Source: an uncultured Eubacteriales bacterium (GTDB taxonomy: Bacteria > Bacillota > Clostridia > Oscillospirales > CAG-382). Taken from it: a DNA stretch of 64,000 nucleotides. The DNA is taken from the NCBI GenBank assembly GCA_934446675.1, contig CAKSEL010000004.1:72878-136877 (forward strand), given 5' to 3'. Shown one piece after another: positions 18,086 through 29,248 of this stretch (within the stretch, counting starts at the first letter, position 1; every line of letters starts with the position of its first letter). Both the position numbers and the translations under genes were made by a program. Under the pieces are notes generated by a model, which was not told the DNA's origin, searched no databases, and worked only from the letters and a program-made list of their open reading frames with translations.

Positions 18086-21000
18086 TCACATCTCAGATGT
18101 TTCCGATATTTTCCCGAACGCATATACCGCGAAGTTATCCGCGTCAAGCTCTGCGGCTTTTCTTATGCAGAGGTCAGCCTCGCCGTATTTTTCCATACCG
18201 TACAGGGCATATGCTTTAAGAATATTGCCGGCAACAAGGTTATTCTTTACAATATCAAGCTCGAACGGCATGGGGCTTGGCGAACCTACGCCGTAATATG
18301 TGCGCATATCGCAGTTATTTATGAGGTTATCCGCGCTTTCTTCCATTTCGTCAAGAACTGCGTTTGCCTCGTCGTTCTTTCCGAGTTCTTTAAGCGCAAG
18401 CGCCCTGAACAGCGATATTTCCGACACTGCGGCTTTATATTCGGCTGCCTTTTCGAGATCTGCCGTATATTTTTCCGTATTATTCTCACGCTGTTCAAGC
18501 TTTGCAAGATAATAGTATATATGAGCCTCCTGATTGAAGAAGGTCTTAGCCTCGCCGTAGGATTTCGGCATATTTATGCCGTCGTTATAAATTTTCCTTG
18601 CTTTGTCAAGCTTTCCGTCCTTTACAAGCTCGTTTGCATAGAGCACATGCATCCATGCGTGCTGTTTGGTAAGCTTTCCTTCTCCGCCTTCATAGATGTG
18701 GAAGTGCTTTGATCTTGCCATATCTATTGCCTCTTTATACATTCCCTTCTGAGAAAGCAGAGTAAGCTTATCGAGATAGCAGTCGTCGCGTTTGGAGAGA
18801 AGTTCGGGGTACTTGTCGTACACTTCAAGTCTTTCATCGATAGAATGACCGCTGTTTTTAAGCAGCTGTTCGTATTCGAGCAGCAGTCTCGGATCTTCGG
18901 GACGGTATTTCAGCGCATTCTGCATACATTCGAGCGCCTTATCCGGCATATTTGCTTTATCAAAGTAATAAAGCGAGAGATTTCTCCATGCCTTGCCGTG
19001 TTTTTCATCTGTTCTTACGCACTCATTCCAGAGTTGTGCAGCCTCGTCATATCTGAACTTATCGTAAAACAGATTTCCGAGATAATAGCGCGCGTTTGCG
19101 GCATTTTTATCTTTATTCACAGCGTATTCAAGCACGGCAATATCCGAAAGCTCCGACGGGAAACAATATCCCGTATCAAGCTTTTCGGCAGACTTTATAT
19201 ACTCGCCTTTTCCCGTAAGATATGCAAGATAGTAGTTTACGAGAGGACTTGCCTTATCGGCAAATCCGAGAGCATAGACCGCGTCCTCATTAAATCCGGC
19301 TTTCATATAATCTCTTGCGGTATCGAGCATATTTTCTGCCTTTTTTGCAAACTGCGCAATCTTATCCGTTACGTTTTCATAGTGCGAATACTCGACAAGC
19401 GCAAGCACGTCAAGCTTATCGTCGTTGACGCCTTCAAGTGCGCTGCTCTGTGCAAGAGGACTTCCGAGCTTTCTCAGAACCGCGCTCTTTAAATTCTTAG
19501 CCTTTGTATGCCCCTTATTGAGTCCAAGGGATTCGTCAAGCTTTTGCAGTGCCGAATCATAATCTCCGTTACGGCAGTCTATGCACGCAAGCTCATACAT
19601 TGCGGCGCTTCTGTGAGCATAGTTCCATGCCGCCATATACAAAACGTCATAAGCTTTGTCATATTCTCCGAGATATTCCAGTGCCACGCCTTTAAGATAG
19701 AGTGCCTCGGTATCCGTCGGGTGCATATTTCTGCTTGTAAGGCGCTCTATTGCCTTATCGCAGTATTTTACGCAGTCATTAAACTTTCCGTTTTTGAGCG
19801 ACAGACGCGCCATAGACGTGTTGCATCGTATATCGCCGCCGTCTCTCTTTAAGCCTTCAAGGTAGTAATCTTCGGGCTTATAGTTATGCTGCTTATACTG
19901 TTCGAGATGATAGCCGTTGATATAAAGCTCCTCTACGGTCTTATACTCGCAGGGGCGTTTTACCGGCTTTCTTACCTCTATGGGCTGCTTTTTGCCGCGC
20001 TTATAAGGCTTATATTCCACAAGCACTTTGCCGTCGGCAGAAGAGAGAGTTACGGTTATATTATGAATATCGGAAATCTCTGTGTCTATGTACTTATGGT
20101 ACGCTTTATCGGGCGACATATCGGTATTTTCCGAATAAACCGTCTTTTGTCCGTCGCGCACCTCAATTTTGCAATTTTCAAATACGCCCGTTACGTTAAA
20201 TCCGACATACAGCTTATTATCGCGCTTTTCAACATTTACGCAGGCGTCAATAGTCGCGTTCTTTATCTCGCCTATCTCGCGAACGGGATACCAATACTGT
20301 TCAAATTCGCGCGTTTCATACGGTGCAATCCAGGTAAAGTCAGGCTGATTGTCGGTATACACGCCTGTCATAAGCTCAATATAAGGTCCGTTCTTATCAG
20401 TAAGGTTCGAGCACCACATATCTCCGAAATCGCCTGTTCCCCAATGCCACATTTTCTTGCCGGGCGAGATGTGGTGGTTTGCTACGGTCGCAATACCCTT
20501 GCCGAGTCCCGTATCATATCCGCTTATAAAGTCCATATCCGACTGTCCCTGAGATATAAGATAGGACGAGGGTACTTTTACGGCGTCGTAGTGCGAAAGG
20601 TCGGTTCCCTTGCCGAAATTATACGGGCGCGCGGTCTTATATATACCCTTTGCTATGGGCCATTCGAGTACGGCGCGTCTGTCATGGTCGTTTACCCATT
20701 CGCAGTCCGGCGGAAACACGGTGCGGTAATTGTTGTTTACGGGAACTGCGAGGTTTGCCCACCACATAAAAAGCTGCGGAAGGCTTGTTCTGTTATAAAC
20801 GCGTACTTTTGCCTTTATGTAGCTTCTGCCTTTATCGAGCGTGATACCTGCCATACCCTTCATTCTTCCGAAAGGCTCGACTTCACCGGTCCAGACGGTC
20901 TTTCCGCCGTCGGGATTTTCTTCGCAAACCGCTTCAAGCGGCATAAACGTCGTAGGTCTGTGGTGCTGCGGCCAGTTGAACTCTATTCCGCCGGAGATCC

Positions 21001-21328
21001 AGGGCCCTGCAAGTCCGACAAGCGCAGGCTTTACCACTTCGTTATAATAGATAAAATCATAATCTGACGTCTTATCGTATCCGCGGAGAATTTTTCCTCC
21101 GAGCTCGGGCGCCACAACGGTTTTTATGTACTCGTTTTCCAGTGTGAACACATTATATTCCACATCTGTTTTATTATCGGAAATTCCGTCGCAGTAAGGT
21201 ATCGGGTACACGCGTCCCGACGCTCCCTGATAGGGTTTGTTTTCAAAAAACATGGGCAGCTCGTGCGCCTTCTGCGGTATGTACGTCGGTATTGTCATGC
21301 CGTGGTTTTTACAGGTTACTTCTGACAT
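18086..21328 (-). CDS. DUF5107-like N-terminal domain plus multi-TPR protein (about 1080 aa)
   Basis: N-terminus PMFFENKPYQGASGRVYPIPY...LGGKILRGYDK...GGIEFNWPQHHRPTTF matches my memory of DUF5107 (E. coli YphG-like). The C-terminal two thirds are TPR-like repeats. GGAGG upstream of ATG 21328; the track start 21547 would run into the divergent gene. Confidence 0.7.
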   Translation of the reverse strand: MSEVTCKNHGMTIPTYIPQKAHELPMFFENKPYQGASGRVYPIPYCDGISDNKTDVEYNVFTLENEYIKTVVAPELGGKILRGYDKTSDYDFIYYNEVVKPALVGLAGPWISGGIEFNWPQHHRPTTFMPLEAVCEENPDGGKTVWTGEVEPFGRMKGMAGITLDKGRSYIKAKVRVYNRTSLPQLFMWWANLAVPVNNNYRTVFPPDCEWVNDHDRRAVLEWPIAKGIYKTARPYNFGKGTDLSHYDAVKVPSSYLISQGQSDMDFISGYDTGLGKGIATVANHHISPGKKMWHWGTGDFGDMWCSNLTDKNGPYIELMTGVYTDNQPDFTWIAPYETREFEQYWYPVREIGEIKNATIDACVNVEKRDNKLYVGFNVTGVFENCKIEVRDGQKTVYSENTDMSPDKAYHKYIDTEISDIHNITVTLSSADGKVLVEYKPYKRGKKQPIEVRKPVKRPCEYKTVEELYINGYHLEQYKQHNYKPEDYYLEGLKRDGGDIRCNTSMARLSLKNGKFNDCVKYCDKAIERLTSRNMHPTDTEALYLKGVALEYLGEYDKAYDVLYMAAWNYAHRSAAMYELACIDCRNGDYDSALQKLDESLGLNKGHTKAKNLKSAVLRKLGSPLAQSSALEGVNDDKLDVLALVEYSHYENVTDKIAQFAKKAENMLDTARDYMKAGFNEDAVYALGFADKASPLVNYYLAYLTGKGEYIKSAEKLDTGYCFPSELSDIAVLEYAVNKDKNAANARYYLGNLFYDKFRYDEAAQLWNECVRTDEKHGKAWRNLSLYYFDKANMPDKALECMQNALKYRPEDPRLLLEYEQLLKNSGHSIDERLEVYDKYPELLSKRDDCYLDKLTLLSQKGMYKEAIDMARSKHFHIYEGGEGKLTKQHAWMHVLYANELVKDGKLDKARKIYNDGINMPKSYGEAKTFFNQEAHIYYYLAKLEQRENNTEKYTADLEKAAEYKAAVSEISLFRALALKELGKNDEANAVLDEMEESADNLINNCDMRTYYGVGSPSPMPFELDIVKNNLVAGNILKAYALYGMEKYGEADLCIRKAAELDADNFAVYAFGKISETSEM

Positions 21329-21431
21329 TTTCTTTCTGACCTCCGTGAAACTTTTTATATACAACATTTTAGCAGAACTGCCGCAAATGCAACAGACTGA
21401 ATATCGTGTAAAAAAAGACGAAAATTTCTCA

Positions 21432-21460
21432 TTGTCAAAACGCTTTTTGCATGTTACAAT
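21432..21460 (+). promoter_or_regulatory. promoter candidate for the LuxR-type regulator gene
   Basis: TTGTCA, 17-nt spacer, TACAAT. Confidence 0.45.
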
Positions 21461-21482
21461 ATAAATATACTCCTGAAAGCAG

Positions 21483-22550
21483 GTGATTAAAACGGTATGC
21501 ATTATAACAGAGCCGTCATACGGCAGCAGCATGTGGGGTAAAGTCATGGCGGAATCGTTAAAGGCTCAGCTTAAACAAAAACGTATTCCCTTTGAAGAAA
21601 ATCCGGGTGAGATAAGCACGGACACCGAATGTGTATTTCTTATCGCATCGGACGAAGTATGGATAAAAAACAACATACGGCTCACGGCAGGCGCAGGATT
21701 CAAGACCGTTTTATTATGCAGCCGCCGCACCGAAATTCAGGGATATGTTTACGGCAGCGTCTATTCGGATATTTCGGGCTCGTTAAAGCACATGATTTCA
21801 AAATATTTCATTCCCGGCAAAACAAGGGCGGTACTTTATGCCGTAAACCAAAGTTCGGCGTCGGACACGGGAAAGTTAAACGCTCTGCGCTGCTGCACGG
21901 GAGAATTTTTCGATTCGTTCACGGCTATTCTAAACACAGGATCTCTTAAAAAATGCTTTGAAGAATTTGAGCCTGCGGCGCATAACACCGACCTATGCAT
22001 TGCCTTTAACGATTTTGCGGCAATTTCGCTTGTGCAGAATATAAAGAGAAACTGTCCCGAAGTTTTGGAAAAACTCAAAATTATAAGCTTTGCACAAACG
22101 GAGCTTTCGTCATTTTACAGAAAATATTTTGAAAGCATAGACACAAACTACGAAAGTTTCGGAAAAGCTGCGGTTTTCATATACGAAAAGCTGGGAAAAC
22201 ACCCGTACATGACGGGGATTTCGATAGGCGTCGGCACATATCCCGAAAGTGACGAAAAAAGCGCCGTCAAGGCTGTATGTCCCGACGGCACGACAGGTTC
22301 GGCATCATTCTATTCCGACAGCGAGCTGCACTCTCTTTTGGCAGCCGAATGTTTCCTTAACACAAGCAACGAAACCGACAGGGAGATATTCCGTATGCTG
22401 TGTCACGGCTTTACGCTTGAGCAGACGGCGGAAAAGTGCTTTCTTACGGAAAGCGGCGTAAAATACCGCATAAAAAGGCTGGTTTCGCTGTGCAAAGTCA
22501 AAGGGCGCGACGAGCTTTGCGGGATACTTACACGTTACAATATCTTCTGA
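21483..22550 (+). CDS. transcriptional regulator: periplasmic-binding-protein-like sensor domain plus C-terminal LuxR-type HTH
   Basis: C-terminus REIFRMLCHGFTLEQTAEKCFLTESGVKYRIKRLVSLCKV (LuxR/GerE HTH). The N-terminal beta-alpha pattern resembles a LacI/PBP-type sugar-binding fold. Divergent from the DUF5107/TPR gene. Confidence 0.7.
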   Translation: MIKTVCIITEPSYGSSMWGKVMAESLKAQLKQKRIPFEENPGEISTDTECVFLIASDEVWIKNNIRLTAGAGFKTVLLCSRRTEIQGYVYGSVYSDISGSLKHMISKYFIPGKTRAVLYAVNQSSASDTGKLNALRCCTGEFFDSFTAILNTGSLKKCFEEFEPAAHNTDLCIAFNDFAAISLVQNIKRNCPEVLEKLKIISFAQTELSSFYRKYFESIDTNYESFGKAAVFIYEKLGKHPYMTGISIGVGTYPESDEKSAVKAVCPDGTTGSASFYSDSELHSLLAAECFLNTSNETDREIFRMLCHGFTLEQTAEKCFLTESGVKYRIKRLVSLCKVKGRDELCGILTRYNIF

Positions 22551-23536
22551 CTTACAACATCGACAGACGATATTTTCCCTGCCCTGTCAAGTGCATTTTT
22601 TCTGCTCTCTATATACTCATACGCCTGTATTGCGGCAACCGCACCGTCAGAAGCTGCGGTTATAAGCTGATGCAGCGGCTTTTTTCTTACGTCTCCGGCA
22701 GCAAAAACGCCGGGGACATTTGTTTGCATATTTTCGTCCGTAACAATATAACCGCGAGCGTCAAGCGTCAGTTCATTTCTGAAAATATCGGAGTTCGGCT
22801 CAAATCCTACGAACACAAACACGCCGAACGCGTCCTCTGTACTGTTTACGGTATATTCCGTAAACTTATTGTCCTTTGTATTTTCGCAAAGCACTGTTTT
22901 TATGCTGTCATATCCCGAAACCTTACGCATTTCGGTATTATACAGCACCTCTATATTATCTCTTTCTTCAAGTTTCTTTTTCAGATCCTCAGCGCACTTA
23001 AAACTGTCCGCGCGAACAAGGCATTTTACACTCCGGCAGATACGCGAAAGATATATCGACTCCTTTGCTGCGCTCTCACCGCCGCCGATTACGAAAACGT
23101 CCTTTCCGCGCCAGAAAAAACCGTCGCACACGGCGCATCTGCTCACTCCGCGTCCCGCATATTCGTTCTCACCTTCAAAACCGGCTTTTCTCGGTCTTGC
23201 ACCCGACGCGCATATAACGGTTTTTGCGCCGAACACGCCTTTATCTGTAATACAGGTCTTTATAAGTTCGGAAAGCTTTGTTTCGAGCAGTTTACAGTTT
23301 ACAAGCTCCGCGCCGAAGGACTCTGCCTGTTTGAGCAGATTTTCCGCAAGCTTTGTACCGGAAATTTCCGAAAATCCGGGGTAATTTCTTATATCGTCGG
23401 TTATGGTCGCCTGTCCGCCGATTATGCCCTGTTCAAAGATCACGGTATGAAGTCCGGCGCGTGCCGAATAAAGTCCTGCGCAGAGTCCCGCAACTCCTCC
23501 GCCGGCAATTACAACATCATAAAGCTTTTCAGACAC
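22535..23536 (-). CDS. trxB: thioredoxin-reductase-family flavoprotein (TrxB-like)
   Basis: YDVVIAGGGVAGL FAD motif, redox CAVCDG, second dinucleotide motif VIGGGESA, GVFAAGDV. AAAGGAAG lies 8 nt before GTG 23536. The canonical HRRxxxR NADPH motif is replaced by VRADSFK. Confidence 0.8.
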   Translation of the reverse strand: MSEKLYDVVIAGGGVAGLCAGLYSARAGLHTVIFEQGIIGGQATITDDIRNYPGFSEISGTKLAENLLKQAESFGAELVNCKLLETKLSELIKTCITDKGVFGAKTVICASGARPRKAGFEGENEYAGRGVSRCAVCDGFFWRGKDVFVIGGGESAAKESIYLSRICRSVKCLVRADSFKCAEDLKKKLEERDNIEVLYNTEMRKVSGYDSIKTVLCENTKDNKFTEYTVNSTEDAFGVFVFVGFEPNSDIFRNELTLDARGYIVTDENMQTNVPGVFAAGDVRKKPLHQLITAASDGAVAAIQAYEYIESRKNALDRAGKISSVDVVSQKIL

Positions 23537-23679
23537 AAAAAGCACTTCCTTTATATTTTTTCTTAGTATCTGCAAAAGCTTTCAAAAGCATACGCAAAAA
23601 TTTCCGTTCGGGAAACGCAAAAAAACAGCCCGACAGAACTTTTTTGTCCTGCCGAGCCGTATATATTCAATTTATTTGT

Positions 23680-26625
23680 TTATTTTTTAAGGTATATCTT
23701 ATTGCCCTTTATCTCATACGTATATCCGAAGAGATCTGCATATTCGTCGAGAGATACCGACGGAATTCCGTCCTTGAGATATACGGGACGCGCGAGAGTA
23801 AAGCTTTCTCCGTTCTTTTCGGCGTATGCCTTGCCGACGGTGAATGTCAGCTTATCCTCACCGTGAGTTACTTCAAGTATACCCTCGTCCTTGTGCCATT
23901 CGTAACGGCAGTCTTTAAGAATACCGCTTGACGGATCGAGAGGAACATATATTTTTCCGTTCTTTGTTTCGGGATAATCGCCGAAGAACATCTGCTTTCC
24001 GTCATAATCATATACGGTGGTATGCTCAACGCCTGCAAAGAACGATATGCTCTCTATCTCAAACTCGCCGGGATTTATTGTCGGGTAGAACTTGATGCCG
24101 TTTATTATTCCCGTCCAGCAGGGCTTGGTATCGAGCTGAATTATATGCTGTTCTCTTTCGGTTGACGCTGCCCAATGGTCAAAGCGTGCGTTTATGTCGA
24201 AGTTTTCGCCGTCGTTTGAAGGTATGAATCTCGACAGAGCCGTTCCGCCGCCGGCAGGTTTTCCGGAAATGATTATCTTTGCATAAGCGATATCCGCGCA
24301 GTCAAGTCCGCAGCCGCGAAGCGTCATTGAAGCTTCTCTTTCGGTTGCCTTGCCGACAAGCTTTCCGTCCTTTATCTCGGCTTTATCCATGTTCTCGAAC
24401 GTCCATGCGTCAAGGTCTGCCTTTGTCTTGAACTCAAACTTCTTTACAAGAGTATCGGCCGCAGGGAATGGTCTTGAATCATACTTTGTTCTTGCGAGCT
24501 TTCTTCTCGACTGAACGTGCAGATAGCAGATACGCGAAAGCTGTTCTTCATTCGGAGCTACATTTTCATGCGGAGTATCTGCGCATACCGCTTTTCTTAC
24601 GGCGTCGAGATACCCGAATCCGTTAAGTCCCGACGGCATCATATACGTACCCTCTCCGTACTCGTTCCATGTGGAAAGGTGCAGCATTTTCGACTTCCAA
24701 GAGTTTTTCTCGTATTTCGGAAGTATCTCGTCCATGCAGTACACAAGTCCGTTATACATATCCTGGCACAAAAGGTTGGGACGTCTGTCTCCTCCCCAGC
24801 CTACATTCTTAAATCCTACGCTTACGGTCGGAACTATATGAACCTGATTCATATTTATATTATTGAGATTGCACTCAATGTTCTTTTCGAGCTTATACCC
24901 TTCTCCGCCCCAGTGATATGCGTGGAACGCGTCAAATCCGAGTCTCTTCAGGTCATGCGGATTTGCATGGCAGCCCATTATGATAAGGTCGTCGTAACCG
25001 AGTTTTTTGACCTCATCTCTGAGATACTGAAGTCCCTCTCTTGTATTTGCCTCGCCGCCGAGATCTCTCTCAACGCAGTTTACGCCGAAGCATGACATTA
25101 TTGCCTTATTATCTATGCTTGCATATCTCGGATCGGAGAAGAAGTAGTCTATCCAGTACGGTACAAGATACTTCTTGAATGCCTCAAGTCCGTTCGGGTG
25201 CGCGCAGTTTGCAGCCTCCCACAAAAGCGCAAGCTTCATATTATCGGCATATTTTGCATGGAAATGTCCCTGATGTATCGCATACGAAAGTCCGGTTGAC
25301 TTAAGAGGCGCGTCGGATTCGGAGGAATACCAGCAATAAAGCTCATAGTCAACACCGTGCTCCGCAAGGAACTTTATTTCCCAGTCCGCAGTCTCCGGAA
25401 GTCCCTCGTCATAATATCCAAGAACCGGCTTTACGTCGTCGAACGGCGTTATTGCGTCCCAGCCGAAGTGCGAGCCTTCATGCCAGAGCGAGCAGATATT
25501 CATACCTACGAAATAGTCGCCCTTCTTTTTGGGTATAACGGGCGCCGGAACATAATCTTCGGGTTCGTCGGGCATATTCCAGACGAGTATATCTGTAAAC
25601 ATTGCGTCGGCTGCCTTTTTGCCCTCAAACGAGAACTCAAACGCGTCGGCAAAAGCTGCGGGTTCGTCAAAATCAAGCACCTTTGTCTTTTTGCCGTTGA
25701 GCCATACGAGAACCTTGCCGGTTCTTGTGTCAGCCTCCATTCTCATGGTCTGCCATACGTTTACGTGATGTGAACGTAACATCGTATCGCCGTGCATAAG
25801 CGCGTCGCCGTCGTCATATACCGAAAGCAGGGTATTGCTGCCGTTTTTAAGTTTCAATGTCACTCTGCCGCACTTTGACGGTGTGTGATACTTTATTTCA
25901 AACGCGGTTCTGCCTTCGGATTTTTCAAATACTCTCGAAACGGCAGCGCCGGTATTCTTTGCAGCCTTTATAAAGTAGCAAAGCGCCGTTTTTCCTTCTA
26001 CTCTGTAATCTTTTTCAACCTTTGCGCCGTTTGATGATACAAGGTATTCTTCGGGAAGAGCGCCGGTTATTCCCTGTCTTACAAAGTCGTTTACAAGATA
26101 GTTTACATACAGCTTTGTGAATGCAACGGCACAAGCGCCCATGTCCTTTTTGCCATATCCTATACGTATGCAGGACATATCGAGTCCGGTTCTCTCAAAG
26201 TCATATTCTCCGCGGAACTTATCGTCCACCATGAGTTTTGCTTTACCGATTCTCATATCCATTACGGCTTTGATATATCTTCTTCCGTAGTCAAATCCGC
26301 ACACACCGGTATTTCCGGCATAAAGCACGTTTCCTACGGTGTGCAGATCCAAAAACGCGTCGTCGCGCGAGCCGAAAATTATATGCAGTCCGTCGCCACT
26401 CTTATTATCTATAACACCCTCATATGTGAGCACTCCGCCGTTAAACGCGCGGACGTCTCTGCGGTACAGAACCTCTCCGTCCTTATCGGAATTGAGGAAA
26501 TTCTTGCCGTGCTCCGGACCTTCTCCGTCGCCGAAGTAATCCCAGCCGGAACGAAGTCCTCCCCAACCGTACATATCATTGTCATCAATAAGATAGACAG
26601 CTTCTTTAATTTCTTTATTCATCAT
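23680..26625 (-). CDS. large multidomain protein with central GH99-like/WbsX-like domain and C-terminal copper-amine-oxidase-N-like domain
   Basis: The central ICSLWHEGSHFGWDAITPF..KPVLGYYDEGLPETADWEIKFLAEHGVDYELYCWY resembles the WbsX/GH99-like family (from memory). The C-terminal ~90 aa look like the Clostridial stalk domain. No signal peptide. ATG 26625 has a better-spaced GGGAGAG SD than GTG 26634. Confidence 0.55.
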   Translation of the reverse strand: MMNKEIKEAVYLIDDNDMYGWGGLRSGWDYFGDGEGPEHGKNFLNSDKDGEVLYRRDVRAFNGGVLTYEGVIDNKSGDGLHIIFGSRDDAFLDLHTVGNVLYAGNTGVCGFDYGRRYIKAVMDMRIGKAKLMVDDKFRGEYDFERTGLDMSCIRIGYGKKDMGACAVAFTKLYVNYLVNDFVRQGITGALPEEYLVSSNGAKVEKDYRVEGKTALCYFIKAAKNTGAAVSRVFEKSEGRTAFEIKYHTPSKCGRVTLKLKNGSNTLLSVYDDGDALMHGDTMLRSHHVNVWQTMRMEADTRTGKVLVWLNGKKTKVLDFDEPAAFADAFEFSFEGKKAADAMFTDILVWNMPDEPEDYVPAPVIPKKKGDYFVGMNICSLWHEGSHFGWDAITPFDDVKPVLGYYDEGLPETADWEIKFLAEHGVDYELYCWYSSESDAPLKSTGLSYAIHQGHFHAKYADNMKLALLWEAANCAHPNGLEAFKKYLVPYWIDYFFSDPRYASIDNKAIMSCFGVNCVERDLGGEANTREGLQYLRDEVKKLGYDDLIIMGCHANPHDLKRLGFDAFHAYHWGGEGYKLEKNIECNLNNINMNQVHIVPTVSVGFKNVGWGGDRRPNLLCQDMYNGLVYCMDEILPKYEKNSWKSKMLHLSTWNEYGEGTYMMPSGLNGFGYLDAVRKAVCADTPHENVAPNEEQLSRICYLHVQSRRKLARTKYDSRPFPAADTLVKKFEFKTKADLDAWTFENMDKAEIKDGKLVGKATEREASMTLRGCGLDCADIAYAKIIISGKPAGGGTALSRFIPSNDGENFDINARFDHWAASTEREQHIIQLDTKPCWTGIINGIKFYPTINPGEFEIESISFFAGVEHTTVYDYDGKQMFFGDYPETKNGKIYVPLDPSSGILKDCRYEWHKDEGILEVTHGEDKLTFTVGKAYAEKNGESFTLARPVYLKDGIPSVSLDEYADLFGYTYEIKGNKIYLKK

Positions 26626-26804
26626 TCTAATCACTCTCCCGTTTGATTTTCAGCCTGAATTCGGCTTGAGTTTAGTTAAGTTTAGCAAAAGAGCAAAGGT
26701 TCGTCAAGCGAAAAAGCAAAAAAAAAACCAATTTAAGCCGTCGGCTTGAAAATACTCTCATTTTCTCATTATTTTTCTTAAAAACTCACAATTTAGTTAA
26801 TAAG

Positions 26805-26850
26805 GCACAAAAAAACGACCGTGTTTCAGTCAAATAAACCAAAACACAGC
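26805..26850 (-). terminator. terminator after the sugar-phosphate isomerase gene
   Basis: Minus strand CTGTGTTT...AAACACGG stem followed by TCGTTTTTTT. Confidence 0.5.
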
Positions 26851-26911
26851 CGTCAAACCAAAAAAGTATTTTAAGAATGTTGAAAAAAACTCTGCAAAAC
26901 GCCGGATATTC

Positions 26912-27754
26912 TCAGATTCTGTCAAGAATATCGCAGAGAGCCTTATATGCGCAGGCATATCTTCTGGAATTTACTTCGGTAAACTCGCTTACGGGTTTTC
27001 CTGCGTCTGCCGGAACTTCATAATTGGACAGGTGCGGCTCAAGGCTTAAAAATCCGTTATAGCCGTTCTTATAGAGGTCTTTGAGAATAGCCTCAACATT
27101 GCCGTCACCGAATCCGACGGGAACAACGTGACCGTTCTTTATGCAGTCCTTGATATGTATATATTCAATATAAGGCTTTAACATATCGTAAGCTTCGAGA
27201 GTATCCTGCGAGCACTCTACAAAGTTTGAGAAGTCAAACACTGCTCTGAAACTGTCGGACTTTATCTGCTCAAACAGCGTCTTGCATCTTACGGCAATAT
27301 TTCCGTATATGCCCTTTTCGTTTTCATGGAGAAGAACGACGCCGTTCTGCGCCGCGTATTCAACCAGCTTTCCGAGCTTTTCAACGACAAATCCGGTATA
27401 ATCCTCCGGCTTTTCGTTTTCGGGCATAAAGAAACTGAACGCTCTTATATACTTTGCTCCGAGAGTGTTTGCAACCTCAACGGTATTCTTGAAAAGATCA
27501 AAATGAGCGTCAAAATCGTCCGTCATCTTGATCTTGCCTATCGGAGAACCTATCGACGACGCCGAAATTCCGTAGCAGCCCATTATTTTTTTAAGAGTTG
27601 CAGTCTCGTATTTATTGAGATTTGAAACATTCTTGCCGTCGATTACACGGGGCTCGAAATATTTGATTCCGAGCTTTGAAATAACGTCGAACTGCTTTAT
27701 TATACCGGCGTCTATTTCGTCAGAAAATCCTGATATGTGATAATTCTTATTCAT
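26912..27754 (-). CDS. sugar phosphate isomerase/epimerase (xylose-isomerase-like TIM barrel)
   Basis: AP_endonuc_2-like pattern: ISGFSDE, YFEPR, YIRAFSF, LLHENE, IHIKD, FLSLEPH. Confidence 0.8.
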   Translation of the reverse strand: MNKNYHISGFSDEIDAGIIKQFDVISKLGIKYFEPRVIDGKNVSNLNKYETATLKKIMGCYGISASSIGSPIGKIKMTDDFDAHFDLFKNTVEVANTLGAKYIRAFSFFMPENEKPEDYTGFVVEKLGKLVEYAAQNGVVLLHENEKGIYGNIAVRCKTLFEQIKSDSFRAVFDFSNFVECSQDTLEAYDMLKPYIEYIHIKDCIKNGHVVPVGFGDGNVEAILKDLYKNGYNGFLSLEPHLSNYEVPADAGKPVSEFTEVNSRRYACAYKALCDILDRI

Positions 27755-27866
27755 TGCTTTTACCCTCCTGCGGTACTCTGAAAATTATACCAAAAGTATC
27801 CGTTTATATCAACATTTTCAGTGCGTTTGACATTCGATATTGATATTTTCTTATACGATTCTGATA

Positions 27867-29180
<1,314 letters not shown>

Positions 29181-29248
29181 TTATTATCAACAAAAGGCCA
29201 CCGGATTATCCGACAGCCTTGTTTTAACCGTATGAATTTTGAGAAAAC

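Noticed and set aside
19886-21067. 393-aa plus-strand ORF, plus 215-aa and 114-aa ORFs nearby
   Set aside because: They are antisense to the DUF5107/TPR gene. They have no SD and no motif.
22436-23566. 376-aa plus-strand ORF
   Set aside because: It is antisense to the TrxB-like gene and overlaps the end of the LuxR-type regulator gene. No recognisable domain.
26671-26800. TTTAGTTAA 9-mer occurring twice, 121 bp apart, upstream of the GH99-like gene
   Set aside because: A single exact 9-mer repeat in a 277-bp AT-rich spacer is within chance expectation. It has no dyad symmetry.
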